NCBI RefSeq assembly: GCF_006345805.1
Contig: NW_021834571.1
Span: forward strand, 1-46,300
Length of the DNA: 46,300 nucleotides
Reading direction: 5' to 3'
Source of the DNA: Octopus sinensis
Taxonomy: Eukaryota
The position numbers were made by a program, and so were the translations under genes. A model generated the notes under the pieces. The model saw nothing but the letters and a program-made list of their open reading frames with translations, did no database searches and was not told where the DNA came from. Positions 36,532-46,300 of the stretch are shown here, one piece after another. The number at the start of each line of letters is the position of its first letter. The first letter of the stretch is position 1.

Positions 36532-37087
36532 ATGCCCTGATGCAGTACCAGGCAGTGTCTCTCATGGCTGCTTATCTTAACTGATTGGATGTGTTATCAT
36601 TTACATTGTTTTGCTTTGGTATAAAAGATGGGCTACAGCAAATATTCTGATCAATACCACAAATTTGCCTGTCAGTCGTTTGACCATAACCAGTTGAGCA
36701 TGTCCCTTAGTGGCTTACGATATGTGCATCTCTGATCACAAGCAGAAGTAGTGGGGGAGCATCATAGTCATTTGTTGAAAGGAATTCTTAGAGGTTTGGA
36801 TAATTCACCTTTGGAAACATGGGTGGTTCGTTCAACACCCTTAAGCAATCCTTATTCAGGGACCTTTTGAGTGGGATGGGCTACTCGAGCAGAAGAAAAT
36901 TCCAACTGGGCCCCACCTGCAGGGTCATGTGCTGTTTATCTTGATATGAGATCACCATGTCGCGCACGTCTGGTTGTAATGTATATGCCTGGTGTACCCT
37001 TATCACACGGGTAGTCATGATGGGTATACTGGGCTTCGTATATTTTACCTCAGTGTCACTTTGATGACATGCCCTGCTCTCTCACTC
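36532..37087 (+). mobile_element. About 555-bp non-coding interspersed element embedded in (TAA)n (family D), full-length copy
   Basis: Starts atgccctgatgcagtaccaggcag and ends gccctgctctctcactc, then (AAT)n. Homologous along its length to 17107-17631 (+) and 45309-45842 (-). Confidence 0.88.
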
Positions 37088-37144
<57 letters not shown>

Positions 37145-37148
<4 letters not shown>

Positions 37149-37290
37149 TTCTTTCTACTATAGGCACAAGGCCTGAAATTTGTGTGGATGGGATCAAGCG
37201 ATGACATTGTCCTCAAAATTCAACTGCTACTTATTTCATTGACCTCAAAAGGATGAAAAGCAAAAGTGCAACCCGGCGGATTGCGTACTC
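37145..37290 (-). mobile_element. SINE family A, degenerate
   Basis: ttctttctactataggcacaaggcctgaaattt...aaaggatgaaaagcaaaagt. Confidence 0.7.
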
Positions 37291-37389
37291 AGAAACAGAA
37301 TTAATAATTATAGTATAATTCCATATTTTGCTACAAGGCAGATCATTTCGAGCGGTGGAGTTTAGTAGAGGCTATGGACACCAGTGTTT

Positions 37390-38017
37390 TGTCTGGTACA
37401 ATATTTTATTGACCCCGGTGTGAAGAAGAAGGCAAAGTTGATCTCGGCGAATTAAAACCTTGTAAATCATGAAGCTGTGGTGATGAGGATAAACGGTGAC
37501 GACGACGGCGGCGGTGGTGGTGATGACGATGATGATGATGATGATGATGATAGGAGTAGTAGTGGTGGTAGATCTGATGGTAAAGACGGTGATGTTGATG
37601 ATGATGACGATGACGACGATGTTGATGGTGATGATGATGATGATGATGATGATGATGACGATGATTATAGTTATGGTGGTAACAATGATGGCCATGAAAG
37701 TGATGCTGGTGACCAAGATGACGGCGACGACGACGATGTTCATGATGATGATGACGACGATGATGATGATGATGATGATAATGATGCAACAACACCAGGT
37801 TTTATCCTTCAGCCATTACCTCTACAACTCGACCACCCCCCTAACTCCACCTCCACGTCCGACCTCTACCTCCTCCTCTTCTGAAATAACCCCGATTCCC
37901 TTCCTCTTCAGCACTTGTTATGATGGTCTGCACCCTGGTTACAACAGCAACACACCACCACCCTCCACCACTCACGCAACAACAACAACAAAAACAAAAA
38001 CAAAAAACTACTACTAT

Positions 38018-38059
<42 letters not shown>

Positions 38060-39000
38060 ATCCACCACCGCCACCACATACTACTACTACCACAGCAACT
38101 ACTACTACTATTGCGATAGCAACAACAATGATAATAACAATAACGAGAAGAACAAGAACAACAACAATTACACTACCACCACCATCACCACCACTCCTAC
38201 TACTACTGCTGCTACTACTTTTATTACTCCCGCCACCCCCACTTTTAACGCTCATCACTCGCATCACTTTCATTCACGCCAACATACACACACATACTCA
38301 CTCATATATTCTCAACCTCATTTATATATTCACACACATACCCTCATACACACATACATACGCATTCGGCTCCCACCCACTTACGCATAAACAAGTGCGC
38401 GCACACATACACACACACACACAAATACACACACATTCGGCCCCCTCCTTACTCATAAACACACGCGCACACATGCTCACACGCGCTCACCAATACACAC
38501 ACTCTCTGTCTCTCACACATTCTCATAAACACGCGCGGATTCGCACACACATGCACACACTCCCACACACGGACTTCTAAACGCGCGAATATACACTCAT
38601 ATACTCACACGCACTTACACACACATACACACATACACATATACGCACACACACACACACACACACACACACCACACACACTCTGTCATACATAAACATT
38701 CATACACACGCGCGGATGCACACACAACCTCTTTCTCTCTCATACACACACTCACAAACTCTCTCACACACGCACTTTTAAACACGCGCGCATACACACA
38801 CACATACTCACACGTAGTCATCTACACACACACCACACACACACTCTTTCTCTCTCGATCTCTCGCACACACATACACATGCGCATACACACACACTCTC
38901 TCTCTCATGCACATATTCGTAAACACGCACCTATACACACGCACAGTCACCGATAAACAGACACACACACGCACTCACACACACATTTACTTACACAAGT
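37390..39000. repeat. (GAT)n, (CTA)n and (CA)n low-complexity block
   Basis: Seen directly. Confidence 0.9.
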
Positions 39001-39004
39001 AGAC

Positions 39005-39130
39005 CCTCCCCTCCTCCCCCGCCTCACTCCCATTCCGCCCTCCCCCGCCTTGCTTACTCCAATACGTAACGGTTCTGTGGCGGCCTCCACCAAAATAGCA
39101 TTCAACTGGTTGCCACGGTTCCAGTGAGCA
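39005..39130 (+). promoter_or_regulatory. Candidate promoter patch (GC boxes, CCAAT, RFX half-site), possibly for the InaF gene
   Basis: Island of unique GC-rich sequence between microsatellites: CCCCGCC/CCGCCC boxes at about 39017, 39035 and 39043; CCAAT at 39059-39063; GTTGCCACGG (X-box half-site) at 39109-39118; a possible weak donor cca|GTGAGC at 39124. Motif inspection only. Confidence 0.35.
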
Positions 39131-39324
39131 ACGCGTGTTGGCGCTTTGTCCTTATTGCACCTTACAAATCGTTGTTGTATTGTTTAAGATTCGAACCAAA
39201 CATAATATTTTATGGTCCGATTCCACCACTCAGAACAAACAATCAAAATAAGGGAACCAACTGGATTTTTTTAACCACACGAAACTTTCCATATCTAATC
39301 AATACTTCTTTCAGTATCTATCTA

Positions 39325-39377
<53 letters not shown>

Positions 39378-39713
39378 GTCTATCTATCTATTTGTCTGTT
39401 TGTCTGTCTATCTGTCTGCCTGCCTGACTGACTGTGTGTCCCTCTCTCTCTCTCTCTCCGTCTCTCTATTTGTCATTGTGTCTGCCTGTCAGTCTGTCTG
39501 TTTACCTACGTGCCTACCTACCTACCTACATACCTACCTAACTATCTATTTATCTATCGTTCGATCGATCTACCTGTCTGTCTACCTGTCTATCGGTCTG
39601 TCTGTGTGTCGGTCTGTTTACCTTTCTCCTTCTCCCCACCTACATATCTCCATACCTACCTATCACCTTTTCTGTCTATCTACTTATCTATCTATCCATC
39701 AGTCTGTCAGTCA

Positions 39714-39769
<56 letters not shown>

Positions 39770-41044
39770 GTCTATCTATCTGTCTATCTATCTATCTATC
39801 TATCTACCAACCAACATACCTACCTAACACATACACATACACACACACACACACATATATATATAATGTACACGAATTGTTCATGAGTGTATACACACTC
39901 ACACACGCACGCAAGTATATTTACAAAATTACGCTGTTTCCGTCTACTTTCACTTTCCCATCTATTAATTTCGTCTTCGTTTCTTCGTCTTTTATTCCGA
40001 TTGTTGCGTTTAATTATCTATCTTTCATCGTTCTTTCCCAATCTTTTCTCCCCCCCCTTTCCTTTCTTCATTCATTCATTCATTTATTTGTTCCTTTCAT
40101 TTTTTTCACTCTTTCTTTCCTTATCATCAGAATTTATATATAAAAAAAAGATAACTCTCCCCAAAACAAAAACATTCTTCTTTCATTTTGTTTTTATTTT
40201 TTCGTTTCTTACATCTTATTGTTGCTGTTGTTTACACCAGCGCAATAGCTCTGATCGAGCAGATCTGTGATCAAAACCGTTCCTATCGTGGCCAACTATT
40301 CTCATACCATTTTAGGAGTGTATAGAACTGCATCAACTAATGTGTTTTTCCTTGTAAAAAGCAGAACAAAAACCACTAGAGTGTTACGAATTACAGAAAT
40401 TTGGCTGCTCTTTCTAACAAGTTGATTAACCACATAGCGGCATAGTTGGTTTGCGTTAGCGTTGTTGTTTACATACATATTTACGTAAGTACATACATAC
40501 ATATATATACATATGTACATACATTTATATATATAAACATATATCTATGTACATCCGTACATACATATAAACGTACATACATACATATACACATTTTTAC
40601 ATATTTACAAATATATATATATATACATACACACATACATACACACTTATTATACACATACGCATAAATACATCTATACACACACCCACGTACACACATA
40701 CACACACATACACATACATACATATATATATATATATATTCCCTCGCTCCAAGTTTTTGTCATAGTGTCTTCTTTACATCAATAATTTTTTAAAAATCTA
40801 GAGAGAGAAAATAAAAGAATTCCAACTTAGATATAAGACACCAAATTTTAGGGGCAGTTATACAGTCTCTTATGACGACCCCTGTAATTGCTTGAAACTT
40901 ATTCAAGCTCCCTCTAAGTCCAAACCCTTACAGCAGACCCCAGCAAGATTTGAATTCGGAACGTAAAGGGCACTAAAATATTTTGTAAACATTGACACAA
41001 GGATTATAAATTTCATAGAAACATCACACACATCGTTCATCCTT

Positions 41045-41086
<42 letters not shown>

Positions 41087-41116
41087 AATAATAATAGTAA
41101 TAATAATAATAATAAT

Positions 41117-41176
<60 letters not shown>

Positions 41177-41471
41177 TATTAATAAAGTACATTTACAATT
41201 TAGTATATGCTGTTTGGCTCCTTCCTCTCACCTTCCCCAGTTCCTCGTTAAGGGTTTTGCTTTTTTTTCTTTCTTTTTTTCTCTTCTTCCGCTCGCTTAC
41301 TAGTTTCTTCCCCCTCCCTTGCACATTACCCTCAAACCACCACCACCACCACCACCACTACCATTGCCTTGATTCATTCATTCAGAAACCGCTTTCACCC
41401 GTAAAAAAATCACCAAAACGGCACCATTTAAAACGAAATCCTACACAACGGCAGCAACACGGAACAAACGC

Positions 41472-41726
41472 ATGGAGAAACGTGAACACGACATGTCGGC
41501 AGCTTCGCAATACTTTACGGATACTGTTGTAACTTTGAAATTTGAAGAGAAGATTTCGGCCAAGACAAAACGAACGATGACAAGGCTGGCCACTGTCATT
41601 GCTTACATTTGCTCCGTGTCTTTACCGGCATTTATTCTAGCCGTTTACTATATTTCGTTTTGGAACCACGAATACCCGGAGCGTATTGCTCGAAGACCAC
41701 CCGAGCCTTCGACGACAACTTTGTAA
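41472..41726 (+). CDS. inaF: InaF-motif single-pass membrane microprotein (84 aa), InaF/INAFM1/INAFM2 family
   Basis: ATG at 41472, TAA at 41724-41726, no low-complexity sequence, in-frame TGA upstream at 41370. The segment [38 protein letters not shown] matches the InaF motif as I recall it from INAFM2 ([38 protein letters not shown]): a basic juxtamembrane stretch, one hydrophobic helix, then YY..W. The family is recognised; exact orthology is not established. Confidence 0.9.
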   Translation: MEKREHDMSAASQYFTDTVVTLKFEEKISAKTKRTMTRLATVIAYICSVSLPAFILAVYYISFWNHEYPERIARRPPEPSTTTL

Positions 41727-41757
41727 AATTAATTTTGAAAGAAGATTGCTGTGAAGG

Positions 41758-41789
<32 letters not shown>

Positions 41790-41940
41790 GTATATATATA
41801 TATGTATATGAAGAAAAGAATATGAAATAGCCACTTATATATATATACATATATACATATATATATACATACATATGTTTAAGTATATGTATATATGTAT
41901 ATATATATACATACATATATACTTACATACATACACACAC

Positions 41941-41990
<50 letters not shown>

Positions 41991-42450
41991 GTGTGTGTGT
42001 GTGTATATGTATATATGTTTGGGGTCCGTGAAGGAAACCTGATAGTTTTTAAGTGAATATACTTTAAAAACCAGTGAGTTTCCCTGTTGGACGCTATATA
42101 CACATACATACATACATACATACATACATACATACATACATGCATACATACATACATGCATGCATACATACATACATACATACATACATATACATGCATA
42201 CATAAACACAAACATATTCATACATTTATATAAATGCATATACACACATCTACATATTCATAAGTATGTGTTTTGTGTGTGTGTGTGTGGGCACATAGTT
42301 TTATTGATATTGAGCAGAAGTAACAGAGTGACTCAAAGGCCAAACTCTCGGTCCTTGGGTCACTCTGTTACTTCTGCTAAATATTAATAAAAATATATAT
42401 ATACTCATATTTTGAGTTCTATTATCCCTGTTTGCAGAGACACCTATACT

Positions 42451-42487
<37 letters not shown>

Positions 42488-42560
42488 AAACATACATACA
42501 TACATGCACTCAGACACTCACAGACACACATATATACATACATTCACACAAACACAAAGC

Positions 42561-42618
<58 letters not shown>

Positions 42619-42709
42619 TATATGTATAACATATCTTGCAAATACCAAACATAACAAAAGGAACAAAAAACAAATGAAAACAAATATATATATAACCATA
42701 TATGATATA

Positions 42710-42747
<38 letters not shown>

Positions 42748-42938
42748 TATGTGTGTGTGTGGTGTTGTATATATATATATATGAATGTATATATATGTAC
42801 ATATATATACATATATAATAACTAAAGAAAAGTATTTTGCTGTTTACCCGGATAGTAAGACTCACTAAGACACACGTAAACTTTCACTTTGGTTAATTCC
42901 TTCAACAACTGACATTGGACTATCAGGAATAGAACACC

Positions 42939-43004
<66 letters not shown>

Positions 43005-44649
43005 CCACATATAGATATTTCATATATAAGGTAAGTAATATTTTCAAATATATTTTCATCGTCGGCGCTATAACAGTTTATGTGGTTGTTTATTGCAATT
43101 AATGATATAATTAATTTTATGTTTGTTTTTATTGTTGATTGGTTCCTCACTCCCGCGGAATCGAGATTGTTAAGTAGGATTGTTATGATGGAGGACGTTC
43201 CATCCGTGACCAAACCGCCATAAGAAATGATTATATCTTAAAGTTTTAGAGTACAGTAAACAACGTCTTATTTCTTCTTTCCATTTTTTTTGGTATATTT
43301 TGTTTTTGGTCTTGAAGACGTTAATATCTAAGGGAAATTTGGCTGCTGTTTTTAGCATGTACACTCAGTACTTCGATTTCCTCGTGTATTCATTCTTGTT
43401 GTTGTTGTTTTTGTTTGTGGTGGTGGTGGTGGTGGTTATGGTAGTGGTGATTGTGGTGGTAGTCGTGGTTGTGTTGGTGTTTTTTTATGATGATGGTGGT
43501 TGTGGTTGTGATGGTGGTGATGGTGATGGTGATGGTGGTTGTTTGTGGTAGTAGTGGTGGTGGTGGTGGTGGTGGTGGTAGTGGTGGTGGTAGTGATAGT
43601 GTTGGTGGTGGTTGCGGTGATGATGGTGGTGATAGCGGGAGTGATGGTGGTGATGGTGGTGGTAGTGGTGTTTAAGTTCGGTCAAACCTGATCGAGCAGA
43701 CTTCGGTATCCTAACCGGAAGTATCTAGGAGTATGCAGGACGACCCTTACTCTAACCTCTGTTTGAGGACAACGAGGTGTAATATGGAGGACCCTTGGCT
43801 GCTTTTTCTAGGTTCTGAGAGCGTTATTGTTATTATTGTTATCATCTAGACTCAGCTTAATCTTCACCAAAGCCATTCCAACCATGACCATCTCGCTTTC
43901 TCTAAAGCGCATGATACCCAGGTCACATTATTTAACGTGGACATTTTAAAGACGATAGGTTGTCATTTGATGACAATTTAACTGCTATTTCAAGCAGACT
44001 TAGCGATACGCCTGCGGCACCTTCACTGGCTCCATACAGACCCCTAAACGTTTGAAGCAGAGGTGTTCGTTGGTATGGTGTTCGTTGGTATGGTGATGCG
44101 TTTGGTTTTGGTAGATGTGATTTATAACACTACACGTAATGCTAGCTTGCTAGACTAAGCCGGATTAAATGTCTTCATCTCGTTTGTTATGCCCCTTTAC
44201 GTTCCAATTTCAAAACCTGTTGCTATCGACTGTGGCTTAGCACTCTGCGGGGTTTCTTCAACTAGGTCACTGTTACATGGTTCTAATCGTTTCAGACACC
44301 AACATCCGTTCTTTATGTGACTTTTTTATCGAGTGGCTACGGCGAAATTTGCTGTGACATAGCGGACGAGATTGAATGGAATCGAATTAAGTCAGATATT
44401 TTTCTCTTCAAGTCCCACTTTAACAGGAAAGTGAAACAAAGATAAAGAGGTGTTACCCTCCAATAAATTTACAAGTTGTGAACTTAGCCTGAGCGAATGA
44501 ACCAAATCTCACCATGCGTTTGTAGGTCGGAAAGGTCAACAGAAAGAAGGGTACTTGCACTTGCTAATCATAATGCCCTACAATGTGTAGGTCTCTTTGA
44601 TTGTTTCCATACAGTAGTCCTCTACTCTTGGGACTTTATCACACCTTTG

Positions 44650-44870
44650 TATACTGTGTACACCTATTTGTCTCATTTTCTTCTTTTTCTTTCTCCACTA
44701 CTACACTTTGGATTCTTGCAGAATACAGGGCTGCACTTTTCTGCAGGTGTTCAATGCGAATCTGAATTCCAATATTCTTCAGCCTCTTTGGGTCCATCAC
44801 ACTCCTATTGTCATTTTGCGAACATTTTCTCCTAATCGCTGCAACTGTATTTAGATCACAACCAGGTCCG
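44650..44870 (-). mobile_element. Old RLE-type retrotransposon 3' remnant
   Basis: LKNIGIQIRIEHLQKSAALYSARIQSVV resembles the RLE terminal motif LQKxxLLGTARILRxVL. Confidence 0.4.
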
Positions 44871-45039
44871 TCTGCTGCACGGTGAGACACTTCCCACGTA
44901 AAACACCTTTACTCGGGGGTCCATTCTCATCAACGTATTTGGGATAACAAGGGCTGTGGTATTGAAGGGTCACAACTACCGGTATTTTTATCGAGACACT
45001 ATCACTGATGGGATGACAGCCAAGGTTAAAGAGTCTAGT

Positions 45040-45240
45040 TCCCATAAAGCGATCAGTTCGCCAGGCAAAATGGTTAGCGGTATTTGGTCCGTCCTTACAT
45101 TCTGGGTTCAAATTCCGCAGAGGTCGACTTTGTCTTTCATCCTTTCGGGGTCGATAAAATAAGTACCAGTTATGCACTAGGGTCGATGTAATCGACTATC
45201 CCCCTCCCTAAATTTCAGGCCGATTGCCTATAGCCGAGAA
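45040..45240 (+). mobile_element. SINE family A ending in (ATT)n
   Basis: gggttcaaattccgcagaggtcgactttg...aaatttcaggccgattgcctatag, then (ATT)n. Confidence 0.85.
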
Positions 45241-45252
45241 TTATTATTATTA

Positions 45253-45308
<56 letters not shown>

Positions 45309-45842
45309 GAGTGAGAGAGCAGTGCATATCATCAAAGTGACACTGGGGTAAAATATACAAAGCCCAGTATACCCATCATGACTACCCATCTGATAAGGTT
45401 ACACTAGGCACATGCATCACAACCATATGTGCGCGTCATGGTGATCTCATATAAAGATAAACAGCGCATGACCTTGCAGGTGGGGCCTAGTTAGAATTTT
45501 CTTCTGGTCGAGTAACCCATCCCTGAATAAGAGCTGTTTAAGAATCTTGAACAACGCATCCATGTTTCCAGATCCATGTATCCAAATCCTAAAGAATTCA
45601 TTTCAACACACGGCTATGATGCTCCCACACTATTTCTGCTCATGGTCAGGGATGCACATATCGCCAGCCACCAAGAGACATGTTCAACTGGTTATGGTCA
45701 AACAACTGACAAGCAAATTTCTGGTATCGAGCAGAATACTTACTGTAGCCCATATTTTATACCAAGACAAAACATGATAACACTTCCGATTAGTTGAGAT
45801 GAGAAGCCATGAGAGCCTCTGCCTGGTACTGCACCAGGGCAT
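45309..45842 (-). mobile_element. Family D element, full-length antisense copy in (TTA)n
   Basis: Reverse complement of 36532-37087 with the same two ends; (TTA)n on both sides. Confidence 0.88.
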
Positions 45843-45894
45843 TTTATTTTATTATTATTATTATTATTATATTATTATTATTATTATTATTGTC

Positions 45895-45942
<48 letters not shown>

Positions 45943-45944
<2 letters not shown>

Positions 45945-46300
45945 GGCGACGATATGACAGAAACGTTAGCACGCCGGGCAAAATGCTTCGCGGCATTTCG
46001 TCCGCCTTTATGTTCCAAGTTAAAAATTCAGCTGAGGTCGACTTTGCCTTCCATTCTTTCGAGGTCGATAGAATAAGCATCAGTTGAGCGCTTGGCTCGA
46101 TGTAATCGACCTGCCTCCTCCCTCAAAATTTCAGGCTTTATGCCTATAGTAGAAACAATTATGATTATGCAGTCCAAAATCTCTTCAAGATCAACTTTGC
46201 TTTCCATCATTCCAGAGTCAATATGACCGGCAAAGAAAGGCGGCAAGCTGGCAGAATCGTTAGCACGCCGGCAGAAAGGTTTAGCGTTATTTCGTCTACC
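45943..46300 (+). mobile_element. Two SINE family A copies (45943-46155, and 46237 to the window end)
   Basis: aaggcgacgatatgacagaaacgttagcacg and aaggcggcaagctggcagaatcgttagcacg heads. Confidence 0.85.

Noticed and set aside
36532-36780. U1 snRNA origin for family D
   Set aside because: Only short matches (taccaggcag versus tacctggcag, and tagtggggga). Spacing and stem-loops do not correspond, so it cannot be claimed without an Rfam search.
37477-38119. Asp-rich or Met-rich acidic protein ORFs
   Set aside because: They are (GAT)n microsatellite translations with no splice or domain support.
39124-40143. Longest ORF in the track (339 aa)
   Set aside because: It starts at GTG and is dominated by (CTAT)n and (CTGT)n translations (SIYL, SVCL). 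It stays open because these repeats lack stop codons in that frame.
43021-43036. Perfect AAG|GTAAGT donor downstream of the InaF stop codon
   Set aside because: It sits next to a (TA)n tract with no credible upstream exon; a 9-mer like this is expected by chance in an AT-rich 46-kb window.

Overview
Repeat-saturated, AT-rich animal genomic DNA. The SINE and LINE families and the microsatellite load look like Octopus (coleoid cephalopod); that assignment is inferred from pattern recognition, not from a search. Only one host protein-coding sequence is well supported: a single-exon 84-aa InaF-motif membrane microprotein at 41472-41726 (+), from the family of Drosophila InaF TRP-channel partners and vertebrate INAFM1/2. 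A GC-box/CCAAT promoter-like patch lies about 2.4 kb upstream. The rest is mobile DNA and simple repeats: (1) R4/Dong-like RLE non-LTR retrotransposon copies sitting in (TAA)n arrays, including a 5'-truncated RT-bearing copy and an internally deleted copy that keeps both ends; (2) a ~555-bp non-tRNA element with fixed ends, found three times and always ending in (TAA)n; (3) three tRNA-derived SINE families in many copies; (4) decayed mariner, Tx1/L1 and RTE fragments; (5) a non-autonomous Helitron, hAT MITEs and a Tc1-like mini-MITE. Most long ORFs in the track are microsatellite translation artefacts. No rRNA, real tRNA or CRISPR array was found.
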